A stretch of DNA of 64,000 bases, from contig CAVTZR010000005.1 of assembly GCA_963739265.1 (NCBI GenBank), positions 507,588 to 571,587 of the forward strand, written 5' to 3'. Source of the DNA: an uncultured Chloroflexia bacterium. GTDB lineage: Bacteria > Chloroflexota > Anaerolineae > Anaerolineales > Villigracilaceae. Shown piece by piece: positions 9,644 to 20,483 of this stretch; position 1 is the first letter of the stretch; each line of letters opens with the position of its first letter. The notes under the pieces were generated by a model. It had not been told where the DNA came from and did no database searches. It saw only the letters and a list, made by a program, of their open reading frames with translations. Made by a program: the position numbers and the translations under genes.

Positions 9644-10377
9644 TCACGTCGACTGACCCTGCGCAAGGACCTGCGCGATGTGAACGACCTTCTGCCGCAT
9701 CTTGTTGCGATGCAGCCCGCCCTGGATGTGCATCAGGCAGCCGGCGTCCGCCACGACCAATGTGGGCGACTCGGTTGTCTCGAAATTCGCCAGCTTGCGC
9801 TTCAGCATCTCCGCGGAAAGCTCCGGGTGCTCCACTGAGAAGATGCCGCCAAAGCCACAGCAGTCCTCTGCCTCCGGCAGGGGGTGGATTTCCGCGCCGT
9901 GCACGTGCGCGAGCAGTTCGCGCGGCTGCCGGTCGACGCCGAGTCCGCGGTGAAGGTGGCAGGTGGGATGATATGCGAGCGCACCGTCCCAGTGAGCCGC
10001 ACAATCGGTGATACCTAGGATGTCCACCAGGTACTCGGTGAATTCGAAAGTCCTGCCGGCCAGGCTGCGCGCCCGCGGAAGCCAGGTCGGATCGTCCGCG
10101 AACAGCTCGGAATAGTTGTGGCGGATCATGTGTGCGCAGGAACCCGATGGCATGACCACGTCGCCCGGTGCGGCCTCGAACACCTGGATCGTGTGTTCGG
10201 CGATCTGCCGCGCCGCGCTGCGCAGGCCCGCATTGAAGGGCGGCTGCCCGCAGCACGTTTCGCGCGCGGAAAATCCACTTGGACGCCCGCCTGCCTCAAC
10301 ACCTTCAACAGCGCCTCGCCCACCTCGGGGAAGAATGTGTCGACCAGGCAGGTGATGAACAGCTGCACCCTGGGCAT
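9644..10377 (-). CDS. lutA: Lactate utilisation Fe-S oxidoreductase LutA (CCG domains), frame broken near 10265
   Basis: MPRVQLFITCLVDTFFPEVG..VQVDFP / ..TCCGQPPFNAG.. ..DCCGFGG are the two CCG motifs. Confidence 0.8.
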
Positions 10378-10381
10378 GCAT

Positions 10382-10398
10382 CGATTGTATAACAATCG
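10382..10398. promoter_or_regulatory. Perfect 7-3-7 palindrome immediately upstream of lutA, GntR-type operator candidate
   Basis: CGATTGT-ATA-ACAATCG has a TGT-N3-ACA core. It lies 5-21 nt upstream of the lutA ATG. Confidence 0.4.
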
Positions 10399-10467
10399 CG
10401 TTCCACGTGCTCGCCGGCATGAAGCCGTGCTAACTCCTTCCGCACAGGTCTGCGTGAACGGCATGGT

Positions 10468-12627
10468 ATGATTTCCGCTGATATGGACATGTTTCGCAGC
10501 CAATTGCCCCGGCCCTTCACTCTCCCCGAACGGATCCAACGCCTTGGTGACTTAGCTTACAACTTGTGGTGGACCTGGTCTCCGGACAGCGGCTCGCGCG
10601 TTCGGGCGGCTCGACTACGATCTCTGGGAGTATCTCGGGCACAATCCGATCCGCTACCTCCGCGCCTTGGAGCCTACACGGCTCGAACAGGCCGCCGCCG
10701 ATCCCGATTACCTTGCCATCTACGACCGGGTCTTCGCCGCCTTTGATGCTTATGCCGAGAGGAATCAGCTGTGGGCTGAGCACGCCCACCCCGAGTTGAC
10801 CAACCGTCCCATCGCCTACTTCTCGATGGAGTACGGGCTGCATGAGACCCTGCCGATCTACTCGGGCGGCCTCGGCGTTCTCGCTGGCGATCACTTGAAG
10901 GAAGCCAGCGACCTGGGCCTGCCCCTGGTCGGTGTAGGCCTCATGTACGCGGAAGGGTATTTCTCGCAACGCATCAGCGAGGACGGCTGGCAGGAAGCCC
11001 TCAACCGACCGCTGAGTTTTGAGGACCTGCCCGTGTTGCCGGTGATGGGGGAGGATGGTCAACGGCTGACCATCGAGGTGGAGTTTCCCGACCGTGCTGT
11101 GCCGGTGCAGATCTGGGAGGTGCGCGTCGGACGCGTCCCGCTCTATTTGCTCAATTCGAACCTCGAGGCCAATTCGCCCGGCGACAGGAGCCTCACTGCC
11201 CGCCTGTATTGGGCGGACCTGGACCATCGCATCATGCAGGAGATGCTCCTGGGCATCGGCGGAGTCCGCGCCCTGCGCCAGCTCGGCTACAACCCCTCGG
11301 TCTGGCACATGAACGAAGGTCACGCCGCCTTCCTGACCTTGGAACGGGCCCGCGAACTGGTGCAGGCGGGACGCAGTTTCGAGGAAGCCATCGCCAGCAC
11401 GCGGCCGCACAACATCTTCACCACGCACACGCCCGTGCCGGCGGGCAATGACGAATTCCCGCTGTGGCTGATCGAAAAGCACCTGGCGGGCTTCTGGCCG
11501 CAGCTGAAGCTCGAGCCGCGAGATGTTCTTTGACGTAGCTCGCCACCGGACGGCCGCCGGCAAGACCTTCAGCATGGGTGTCCTGGCGCTGCGTAACTCG
11601 CAGGGTCGGAATGCGGTCTCCGAATTGCACGACCGCGTGGCCCGCAAGATGTGGAACTTCCTGTGGCCCGACTGTCCCGAGGACGAGGTGCCGATCACCC
11701 ATGTGACCAATGGCGTCCACACTGCCAACTGGATGGGCCGACGCGTGCGCTTGCTGCTGGACTTGTACCTGGGCGGCGACTGGTACGAGCGCCTGGACGA
11801 GACAGACCTCTGGTCCCAGCTTGATCGGGTACCCGATTCAGAGCTGTTGGCTGTGCGCTTTCATCTCAAACGCAAGCTCGCCTTGTATATGCGGGAACGG
11901 GTTCGTGAGCGCTGGATAGAGGGCGGTTATCACCCGGTTCAGGTTGTCGCCTCCGGTGTGCTCATCAACCCGTATGCGCTCACCATCGGCTTCGCCCGCC
12001 AATTCGCCTCCTACAAACGCGCTGCCCTGCTCCTCTCGGATGTGGACAGGCTGCAGCACATCCTCAAGTCTGCCCAACATGCCCGTCCAGATCATCTTCG
12101 CCGGCAAGGCCCATCCGGCTGATGAGGCAGGCAAGCGGATCATTCAACAGGTCTATCGCCAGGTCAAGCGCGCCGAACTCGGCGGCCGGCTGGTATTCCT
12201 GGAAGACTATGACATCAACCTGGCCCGCTACCTCGTCCAGGGCGTTGACGTCTGGTTGAACACGCCGCTCCGCCCGATGGAGGCCAGCGGGACCTCCGGC
12301 ATGAAAGCGGCCCTCAACGGCGGACTGAACTTCTCAGTGTTGGACGGTTGGTGGCGCGAAGCCTACAATGGCCGCAACGGCTGGGCCATCGGGAAGGATG
12401 CGGACGGAGATTCGCCGGAGCAGCAGGACCACGAGGACGCCGAAAGCCTGTACCGAATCCTGGAAGATGAAATCGTCCCGTTGTATTACGAGCGCGACCC
12501 GAAAGAGATATCACACGGTTGGCTGCAACGCGTCAAGGAATCGATGAAAACCATCATCCCGCGGTTCAGCACGCGGCGCATGGTCAAAGAATACGTGGAA
12601 CGGCTTTACGTGCCGGCCCTGAAGTAA
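10468..12627 (+). CDS. glgP: Alpha-glucan family phosphorylase, three frame breaks (~10600, ~11525, ~12078)
   Basis: LGDLAYNLWWTWSPD, YFSMEYGLHE..YSGGLGVLAGDHLK, TTHTPVPAGNDEF, FAGKAHPADEAGK and EASGTSGMKAALNG (PLP-lysine region) are distributed over four frames. Confidence 0.8.
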
Positions 12628-12629
12628 CC

Positions 12630-13160
12630 ATGTTCGAGTTCCTCACTTCCCCCTCGGCCTGGCTGGCCGCGCTGTTGATCTTCGGCCTGCGCATCACCGA
12701 TATGTCCCTGGACACTCTGCGAGTCCTGTTCGTGGTGCGCGGCCGCAAGCCGATCGCCTGGGTGCTGGGCTTCTTCCAGTCGGCCGTATACGTAATTGCC
12801 ATCACCAAGGTGCTCTCCGACTTGGCCAACCCGCTGACCGTTCTCGGCTACGCGGCCGGCTTCGCCACGGGCAACGTGGTCGGGATGCTGGTGGAGGAAC
12901 GCCTGGCGATCGGCCATATCCAGCTCCAGATCGTCAGCCGGCGGCGCGGCGTGGCCCTGGCCAAGGCTCTACGCGTCGGCGGTTTCGGTGTGACAGAGAT
13001 CGCCGCCCGCGGCCGCGATGGGACCGTGCGTCTTCTGAGCGCCAATGTTTTGCGCAAGGACCTGAACCATGCCAAACGAATCGTGCACGAGACCGATGCG
13101 GAGGCGTTCATCACCTCCGAAGACGTCCGGCCGGTCCGGCGGGGCGTCTGGCGCGCCTGA
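12630..13160 (+). CDS. UPF0316/DUF2179 family membrane protein
   Basis: ATG 12630 lies 2 nt after the glgP stop. The protein has three TM helices plus a C-terminal DUF2179-like domain, ..GFGVTEIAARGRDG.. . Confidence 0.6.
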   Translation: MFEFLTSPSAWLAALLIFGLRITDMSLDTLRVLFVVRGRKPIAWVLGFFQSAVYVIAITKVLSDLANPLTVLGYAAGFATGNVVGMLVEERLAIGHIQLQIVSRRRGVALAKALRVGGFGVTEIAARGRDGTVRLLSANVLRKDLNHAKRIVHETDAEAFITSEDVRPVRRGVWRA

Positions 13161-13169
13161 GGATCGAAT

Positions 13170-13526
13170 ATGGCGCGCGATGTCGTACCCGAGATCTCCG
13201 TCAGGCAATTTGCAGAGAAGCTCAAGACCTCCATCCCGTTCATTGTCCTGGACGTGCGTGAGCCGTGGGAGGTGGAGCGGGTCCACCTTAACGATCCGAG
13301 ACTCGCCTGCCGCCCGATGAGCCGAATTGCGAGCGAGGGGCTGAAGGCCCTACCCGACACTGCCCGCAGCCTCGAAGCAGAGATCTACGTCATTTGTCAT
13401 CAGGGCGTGCGCAGCGCCCAGGTTGCCATGTGGCTGGCTGCGCGCGGCTGGAAGCATGTCTTTAGTGTTGCAGGCGGGATCGATGAATACGCCCGCAAAA
13501 TCGATAAGCAGCTGGGGCGCTATTGA
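13170..13526 (+). CDS. Rhodanese-like domain protein
   Basis: It contains the active-site loop ICHQGVRS and the preceding motif VLDVREPWE. Confidence 0.8.
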   Translation: MARDVVPEISVRQFAEKLKTSIPFIVLDVREPWEVERVHLNDPRLACRPMSRIASEGLKALPDTARSLEAEIYVICHQGVRSAQVAMWLAARGWKHVFSVAGGIDEYARKIDKQLGRY

Positions 13527-13531
13527 ATGAA

Positions 13532-13558
13532 CCGGGCGGCAGACCAACTGCCGCCCGG
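13532..13558. terminator. 11-bp hairpin between convergent genes
   Basis: CCGGGCGGCAG-ACCAA-CTGCCGCCCGG. There is no clear U-tract. Confidence 0.4.
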
Positions 13559-13564
13559 GCTTGT

Positions 13565-14689
13565 TCACTTCTTGAAGGCGAACTTCCCGTTCTTGTAGAA
13601 GAGCTGACCGTCGGCCAGGATCTCCGAGTCCTGGTGCATGTCGCAGATCATGTCCCAGTGGATCGCCGACTTGTTGCGCGAGCCGGTCTCGGGGTAGCCT
13701 GCCCCGAGCGCCATGTGGAAGGATCCGCCGATCTTTTCGTCAAAAAGGATGTTGCCCGTGAAGCGGGTAATGTCCTTGTTCGTGCCGATGGCAAACTCGC
13801 CCAGGTAGCGCGACCCAGCATCCGTCTCCAGCATCTTCAGCAGGTACTCCTCGTTCTTGTCCGCCTTGGCGGTGGTTACCCGTCCCTTGTTGAAGGTGAG
13901 CTCGGCGTTCTCGACCGATACGCCCCCGTAGATCGCGGGATAGGTGAACTTGACCCAGCCATTGACTGAATCCTCGACCGGACCCGTGAATATTTCGCCA
14001 TCGGGCATGTTGTACATGCCGATCGAATTGTCGAACGTCCGACCTTTGATCGATAGGCTCAGGTCCACATTCGGTCCGCGCAGAACCACCTGGGACTTGT
14101 TCGATAGAAAGTCGATCGCGGCCTGCTGCTCGGTCGCGGTACTCTTCCAGTAGGCGACCGGGTCGTCTTCCTCGGCATGAACGGCCTTGAAGACGAAATC
14201 CTCATACTGCTTCAAGCTTAAGTCGGCGTCCTGGGCATAACCCTCGGTCGGATAGAGCGTGGTCACCCACTTGAACTTGCCCTCCGCAGCCCGTCGCATC
14301 TGCGCTTCGGTAATCGTTCCGAGTGCCTTGCCGCGCCGCTGCGATTTCACTGGGTCTACGTTGCTCGCCCCGTGCGGGTTGGTGGAGGAGTGCACGCGGA
14401 TCCGGCCCTCGAACTGGTCATAAGCCAGCTTGTAGAAGGTGGGCACGAAATCAAGCTGCGTGTCCTTGGCGTACGTGAGATAGAGTTCGTCCTGGCTGAA
14501 TGGCATCATGCCTGGGAACGCCAGCATGATATGCGGGAGGCCACCCCGTTCCAGGATCTGGATGAACAGCTCATGCACCAGGGGGCGGGCCGCAGTAGTC
14601 GCTTCAACCAGGATCCGGTCGCCCGGAGCCACCCGCGCCGAGTGCTCAACCAGTATTTTGGCGAACTTCTGGATACGGGGATCGGACAC
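13565..14689 (-). CDS. M29 family aminopeptidase (AmpS/PepS-like)
   Basis: GTG 14689 follows AGGAGG. Recognised motifs are ..RYLGEFAIGTN.. and ..IHWDMICDM.. . The upstream 184 codons of the 559-aa track ORF look non-coding. Confidence 0.8.
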   Translation of the reverse strand: MSDPRIQKFAKILVEHSARVAPGDRILVEATTAARPLVHELFIQILERGGLPHIMLAFPGMMPFSQDELYLTYAKDTQLDFVPTFYKLAYDQFEGRIRVHSSTNPHGASNVDPVKSQRRGKALGTITEAQMRRAAEGKFKWVTTLYPTEGYAQDADLSLKQYEDFVFKAVHAEEDDPVAYWKSTATEQQAAIDFLSNKSQVVLRGPNVDLSLSIKGRTFDNSIGMYNMPDGEIFTGPVEDSVNGWVKFTYPAIYGGVSVENAELTFNKGRVTTAKADKNEEYLLKMLETDAGSRYLGEFAIGTNKDITRFTGNILFDEKIGGSFHMALGAGYPETGSRNKSAIHWDMICDMHQDSEILADGQLFYKNGKFAFKK

Positions 14690-14863
14690 GCTTGCCTCCT
14701 GAAGACCAATCCGCGGGCGCTGCGGGCCCGCCGATGCACAAAATTGTAACATGGGCATTAGGGTATACTCTTTCACGCGAATCCCGAGGGGCATACCGCT
14801 GCCGCACAGGGACTGGGAATCACAAACTGCGACTTCAAGCTGACCGACCCGCTCGATCCGGCG

Positions 14864-16997
14864 ATGAAACAACTCCTGCAAAACATGAAGAACGGCAAGA
14901 CGACCGTGGAGGAGATCCCCGTGCCCTTGCCGCGTTCCGGCACGGCACTCGTGCGGACCGCCGCCAGCCTGGTCTCGACCGGGACCGAGCGCATGGTCGT
15001 CGAGTTTGCCCGGCAATCCCTGGCGGGCAAGGCGCGCTCGCGCCCCGATCTCGTCCGGCAAGTCCTCGATCGAGCCCGCCGCGAAGGCCTCCTTAGCACG
15101 GCGCAGGCTGCTCTCAAGCGGCTTGACCAGCCGATGGCGCTCGGTTATTCCTCGGCTGGGACCATTGTTGGCCTGGGGCAGGGGATGTCCGGTTTCAAGG
15201 TCGGTCAACGCGTGGCATGTGCCGGAGGCGGCTATGCAGTCCATGCAGAGTACGCCGTGGTGCCGCGCAACCTGCTCGTTTCACTCCCTAAGAACGTAGA
15301 CTTCGAATCGGCGGCCTTCGCCACCCTCGGCGCGATCGGAATGCACGGGTTTCGGCTTGCCGAACCGCAGGTGGGTGAACGCGTCGCGGTCATTGGGCTG
15401 GGCTTGCTTGGATTGCTGACCGCCCAGATCGCCTCGGCCGCAGGCTGCGCGGTCTTTGGCATCGACCTCGATCCGGCCCGGGTCCGTCTCGCCGTTTCTC
15501 TCGGCCTCAGCGCCTCGGCCCGGCCGCGGGCCGTGGACGCCGCCCAGGCTTTCACCTCCAATCGCGGTTTCGACGTCGTATTGATCTGCGCTGACACCCA
15601 GTCGAACGATCCAGTTGATCTGGCTGCCGTCATTGCCCGCGATCGCGCGCGTGGTTGCGACGGGTGCCGTCGGTCTTGACTTGCCGCGCCGCGGTTACTA
15701 CGAAAAGGAGCTGTCGTTCATCAACTCTCGTTCCTACGGGCCGGGACGCTATGATGCCGCGTACGAAGACAAGGGCGGCGACTATCCCATCGGTTACGTC
15801 CGCTGGACCGAGGGCCGCAATCTGGAGGCCCTCGTCGACTTGCTCGCCTCCGGAAGGCTCAAGGTCGCGCCCCTCATTACGCACCGTTTCCCGATCGCCA
15901 AGGCGGCCAAAGCCTACGACCTCATCACGGGCAAGGGCAAGGAACCCTTCCTCGGCGTTGTATTAACGTATCCTGACCGCGAGGAAGCACCGCGATCGAG
16001 GATTGAGTTCAAACCTGTTGGAAAGCCGCAGGCAGCGGTCAAACTCGGCGTGATCGGTGCCGGCACCTTCGCCAATGCAGTGCTCCTGCCTGCCATCCAG
16101 AAAGCCGGCGGCATCGACTTGGTCGGCGTGGCCTCTCCCGGTGGTTTGGACGCGCAGCATGCTGCCAAGGCATTCGGTTTCGCGTACGCGGCATCTGCTG
16201 TCGAGGAGGTCATCGGCGACGCGCACATCAACACGGTGGCCATCCTCACCCGGCATGACAGCCATGCCGAGCTGGTCCTCAAGGCGCTGAAGGCCGGCAA
16301 GAATGTTTTCGTTGAGAAGCCCCTGGCTATCTCCACCGGACAATTGTCGGCGCTCAGCAAACAGCTGCAGAAGACGGAAAGCGCCCTGCTCACTGTCGGC
16401 TTCAATCGACGCTTCGCGCCCCTGACTGCCGAGCTGTCAGCCTTCTACCGCGAGCGCCAGGAACCGATGCATCTCCATTATCGAGTCAACGCCGGCTACA
16501 TCGCGCTGAACCACTGGACCCAGGACCCTGCCTATGGCGGACGCATCCTTGGCGAAGCCTGTCACTTCGTCGACCTGCTCACTTTCCTGGTCGGTGCCTC
16601 GCCCGTTTCGGTAAGTGCGCACGCCCTGCCGGAGGTCGGCAAATACCGCGACGATAACGTCAGCATGACGTTCGCGTTCCCGGACGGTTCGCTCGGGGTT
16701 GTTGACTACCTTGCCAACGGCGACAAGTCATTCGCCAAGGAGCGCCTCGAGGTCTTCTGCGCGGGAAGGATTGCCATCCTGGACGACTTCCGCTCCCTCG
16801 AAATGGTCGCAGAGGGCAAGCGGCGACGCCTCAGCCGCACCCAGGACAAGGGCTGGGTCAACGAGTGGAAGGCGTTCGCAAGAACGATCCGTGAGGGTGG
16901 CGAACCGCCGATCCTCTATGACCAACTCATCGGCGTGACCAAGGCCACGCTGGCCGCGGTCGAGTCCATCCGCAGCCGGACCCAGGTCACCATATAG
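14864..16997 (+). CDS. Bi-domain oxidoreductase (Zn-ADH-like plus Gfo/Idh/MocA), frame broken near 15650
   Basis: The N-terminal half is MDR/alcohol-dehydrogenase-like (VAVIGLGLLG). The C-terminal half contains KLGVIGAGTFA.. and ..EKPLA.. Rossmann/GFO motifs. The two track ORFs join at ..AVIARDRAR|VVATGAVG.. . Confidence 0.75.
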
Positions 16998-17041
16998 CGA
17001 CCGGCTCAGCCGGCAGGCACAGGTCGGCTGCCCGATCCCCT

Positions 17042-19111
17042 TTGAAGATTCTGATGCCATCCCCGGGAATCTTGGTCACCTTAAAGGCCCTTTTTCAGCT
17101 CGGGCCCGGGCCGCTCAGCCTTTACGGCCTCTACCGGCTGGGACTCGCGACCGGGCATTACAAGCGCCTGGAACGGGCCGGGCTGACTAAAGCAGAAAGC
17201 TTCTCAGCGCTGCACCCCCTGTTCTCGCTTCCAACGCAGAAGGAGCTCTTGAAGATCCTGGGCAAGGACGGTCAAGCCGCGCTGCTGAAGGAGGCGGATG
17301 AGATCGTGAGCGGCAAGGTCCGGCTCTTCGGTGGGGAGCCTGTCCCACTGCAACTTGCCTTTGAGGGCCCGCTCCGGCATTGGACGGATTATGCGACCGG
17401 CACAGCCGCGCCGCCCTTGTCTCATGCAGCCAGGTCCCGCTCCGCTGGCTTGCCGCCTGCCGATGTCAAGTTCATCTGGGAACCCGCTCGATTCGGCTGG
17501 GCTTACACCCTCGCCCGGGCTTATTGGGCGACAAAACCTCCGAGCTCGGCCCAAGACGGACGCGGCAAGAGACCCAAGGGCCAAAGACCTCCGAGATCCA
17601 AGGCGGAGGTCTACGCCGAGGCCTTCTGGACGTACTTTGAGCAGTTTACCAAGGCGAATCCGCCTTGTTGCGGGCCGTATTGGATGAATGGACAGGAGGT
17701 CGCAATCCGACTCCTTGCCCTCGTGTGGTGCGGCCAGGTGTTTGACGAGGCAGCGGCTACCACGCCGGCTCGCCGCTCGGCGCTGGTGCGTTCGGTCGCG
17801 GAACACGCTGCACGAATCCCGCCCACTCTGGTCTACGCGCGCTCGCAGAACAACAATCACCTCCTGACCGAATCCGCCGCCCTCTATACCGTGGGCGCGG
17901 CACTGGACGATGCCTCCTGGCGTGAGCTTGGCTGGCGCTGGCTCAACCGCGGCCTCCGCAGCCAGGTCAGTTCCTACGGCGAATACATCCAGCACAGTAG
18001 TAACTACCACCGCCTTGTCTTGCAGACAGCTCTGTTGGTCGACGCCAACCTGCGCGGACGGGGCAGCCGCTGGCCCGCCTCGACACTTGCCTCGCTGGCG
18101 CGGGCTTCGCACTGGCTCTTCTCGATGCTCGATCCGGTTTCGGGCCGGGCGCCGAACCTGGGTCCCAACGACGGAGCGCTCATCCTGCCGCTCAGTTCGT
18201 CTGCGTACGATGATTACCGCCCGACGGTGCAAGCGGCGGCCCGCGCCTTCCTGCGGACCAGCCTGCCCGCGGGCCCCTGGGATGAGCTTTCCCTATGGCT
18301 CAGCTTGCCGGCCGGGAAACACACCGCCGGATCGCAGGCATACGTGGGCGATCAGCTGCGCGGCCGGGATTCTTGGGCCTATCTGCGGGCCACGCAATTC
18401 TGCTCGCGCCTCTCGCACATGGACCAGCTTCACTTCGACCTTTGGTGGCGAGGCTCCAACCTGGCGCAGGATGCCGGAACCTATCTCTACGATGCGCCTC
18501 GGCCCTGGGACAATCCGCTCGTCTCGACCCGGGTCCACAACACGGTCACCGTGGACGGCCGCGACCAGATGACCCGCGGCGGTCGCTTCCTGACCTTGGA
18601 TTGGTTCCCTGCTTACAGCAAGAGCGTCATCCCTGTCGACGATCAGGCCTTGGGGAGCATGCTGGCCTACCACAAGGGCTATCGACGGCTGGGTGTCCGC
18701 CATGAGCGTCTGGCCACCGTCTATCGCGATGAGTGCTGGGAAATCAGGGACAACCTGGTCTTCACCTGGCCCGGTGAACACCTTTTCCGGTTGCATTGGC
18801 TTCTGCCGGACTGGGGCTATCAGATCCGCGAATCTCCCTTCGAGCTGCTCTTGAGAGCGCCGCATGGCAAGGTCACGCTGCACATCGAATCCGAGCCGCC
18901 ACTGTCCCAGCTTGCGCCTCGCGTTTCGCTTGTTCGCGCCGGACAACTACTGTTTGGGGAGGGCAGGGCATTGCCGATTGACGGTTGGGTTTCCCCGACT
19001 TACGGAAAGAAACTCCCGGCATTGTCGCTGGCTGTCGAAGTGAGGTCTTCCAGGACTGTTTCGTTTGTGACCCAGTTCACCCTGCCAAAGGCCGCCGCCC
19101 GCAAGTCTTGA
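17042..19111 (+). CDS. Heparinase II/III family protein
   Basis: NNHLLTESAALYTVG and HMDQLHFDLWWRGSNLAQDAGTYLY are signatures of the family. The start may instead be the ATG at 17054. Confidence 0.75.
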   Translation: MKILMPSPGILVTLKALFQLGPGPLSLYGLYRLGLATGHYKRLERAGLTKAESFSALHPLFSLPTQKELLKILGKDGQAALLKEADEIVSGKVRLFGGEPVPLQLAFEGPLRHWTDYATGTAAPPLSHAARSRSAGLPPADVKFIWEPARFGWAYTLARAYWATKPPSSAQDGRGKRPKGQRPPRSKAEVYAEAFWTYFEQFTKANPPCCGPYWMNGQEVAIRLLALVWCGQVFDEAAATTPARRSALVRSVAEHAARIPPTLVYARSQNNNHLLTESAALYTVGAALDDASWRELGWRWLNRGLRSQVSSYGEYIQHSSNYHRLVLQTALLVDANLRGRGSRWPASTLASLARASHWLFSMLDPVSGRAPNLGPNDGALILPLSSSAYDDYRPTVQAAARAFLRTSLPAGPWDELSLWLSLPAGKHTAGSQAYVGDQLRGRDSWAYLRATQFCSRLSHMDQLHFDLWWRGSNLAQDAGTYLYDAPRPWDNPLVSTRVHNTVTVDGRDQMTRGGRFLTLDWFPAYSKSVIPVDDQALGSMLAYHKGYRRLGVRHERLATVYRDECWEIRDNLVFTWPGEHLFRLHWLLPDWGYQIRESPFELLLRAPHGKVTLHIESEPPLSQLAPRVSLVRAGQLLFGEGRALPIDGWVSPTYGKKLPALSLAVEVRSSRTVSFVTQFTLPKAAARKS

Positions 19112-19132
19112 CTCGTCCCCGACCTCGAGCTA

Positions 19133-20347
19133 ATGCACATCCTCATCATCCACCAGGCTTTTGCCTCACTCGACGAGCCCGGCGGCACGCGTCACTATGA
19201 GCTGGCCCACATGCTCGTCGCGCGTGGACAGAAGGTCACCGTCATCGCCAGCCCCGTGAGCTATATCACCGGCACGCCGACCGGAGTGGCGCCGCTCGTC
19301 CGGGACGCGGATGGGCAGCCTGGCTTGACGGTCCTGCGCGCCCGAGTCTATTCGGCGCACCATAAATCCTTTGTCCATCGCCTGCTGGCGTTCTTCTCGT
19401 TCATGCTCTCCTCGTTTTGGATCGGGCTTGGGGTTCGTGATGTAGACCTCGTCTGGGGCACGTCGCCACCGATTTTCCAGGGCGTGACCGCCTGGCTGGT
19501 TGCGCGGCTCAAGCGTGCCAAGTTCCTGTTCGAGGTACGTGACCTCTGGCCGCAATTCGCCATCGCGGTCGGCGTGTTGCGGAATCCAATCCTCATCTCG
19601 GCCTCCAAATGGCTGGAACGGTTCCTCTATCGGCGCGCCGATTGCATCATGGTCAACAGCCCGGGGTTTGTCGCGCACGTTGAATCGCTTGGCGCCCGGC
19701 GGGTTGAACTGGTGCCCAACGGCGCTGATCCGGCTATGTTCAACTCGGCCGAAGGTGCGACCCGGTTTCGAACTCGGTACTCCCTGGGTGACGACTTCGT
19801 CAGTTTGTATGCCGGCGCCCACGGCATGTCCAATGACTTGAATGTCGTCCTGGAGGCCGCCAAGCTGCTGAAGGGCACCCGGATGAGGATCGTGTTGGTC
19901 GGTGACGGGAAAGAGAAGCCGGCCCTCATGAGCCGTGCCAAAGAAATGGATCTGACCAATGTCAGCTTTGTGCCGTCTGTGCCCAAACGCGATATGCACA
20001 GTGCCCTGGCCGCGGCCGATGCCTGCATAGCCATACTGAAGCCGCTCGAGGAGTACAAGACCACATATCCCAATAAAGTGTTCGATTACATGGCAGCCGG
20101 GCGGCCGGTGATCCTCGCGATCGATGGGGTGATCCGGGAGGTGGTCGAGGCCGCCGACTGCGGCATCTTTGTTCGGCCGGGTGATGCCTCGGCTATGGCG
20201 GATGCCATTCGCTCCCTCGCAGCTGCCCCAGAGAAGGCCCGGGCGATGGGTCTCCGCGGGCAGCGTTACCTTGAGCAGCATTTCAACCGCGAGGCGATCG
20301 CCGAGACTCTGCTCGAAGTCTTGCGCAGCACGGCTCGATCAACCTAG
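19133..20347 (+). CDS. GT4 glycosyltransferase (WbuB-like)
   Basis: The N-terminus is MHILIIHQAFASLDEPGGTRHYELA.. and the C-terminal GT1/GT4 core contains ..E..PNK.FDYMAAGRPV.. . Confidence 0.8.
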   Translation: MHILIIHQAFASLDEPGGTRHYELAHMLVARGQKVTVIASPVSYITGTPTGVAPLVRDADGQPGLTVLRARVYSAHHKSFVHRLLAFFSFMLSSFWIGLGVRDVDLVWGTSPPIFQGVTAWLVARLKRAKFLFEVRDLWPQFAIAVGVLRNPILISASKWLERFLYRRADCIMVNSPGFVAHVESLGARRVELVPNGADPAMFNSAEGATRFRTRYSLGDDFVSLYAGAHGMSNDLNVVLEAAKLLKGTRMRIVLVGDGKEKPALMSRAKEMDLTNVSFVPSVPKRDMHSALAAADACIAILKPLEEYKTTYPNKVFDYMAAGRPVILAIDGVIREVVEAADCGIFVRPGDASAMADAIRSLAAAPEKARAMGLRGQRYLEQHFNREAIAETLLEVLRSTARST

Positions 20348-20388
20348 CGCCTGCAGTCCACCGCCCCCTCATTCCCCAATCGAATCTT

Positions 20389-20397
20389 TGCTACAAT
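20389..20397 (+). promoter_or_regulatory. Extended -10 element (TGcTACAAT) upstream of the M14 peptidase gene
   Basis: TG-C-TACAAT lies 87 nt before the ATG at 20484. No good -35 element is present. Confidence 0.3.
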
Positions 20398-20483
20398 CGG
20401 GCAGTCTGCTCTGAAGCCTGCCGGCGGCCAAGATCTCGTGCGTCGCTGCACGTGCTCGATCCAGTCTCATCCCGGGAGTCATC

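Noticed and set aside
10517-11728. A 403-aa minus-strand ORF opposite the glucan phosphorylase
   Set aside because: It is an antisense frame of a gene with unmistakable phosphorylase motifs, and it shows no family signature of its own.
14690-15244. The N-terminal 184 codons of the 559-aa ORF upstream of the aminopeptidase
   Set aside because: The composition is Arg/Gly/Pro-rich with no family features. An AGGAGG plus GTG start at 14689 gives a normal-length M29 peptidase. The region is also the divergent promoter region for 14864+.
17204-20281. Large antisense ORFs (342 aa at 17204-18232; 371 aa at 19166-20281) opposite the heparinase-like and GT4 genes
   Set aside because: These are typical high-GC antisense open frames. 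The translations are Arg/Gly/Pro-rich, there is no recognisable domain, and the sense-strand genes have strong family motifs.
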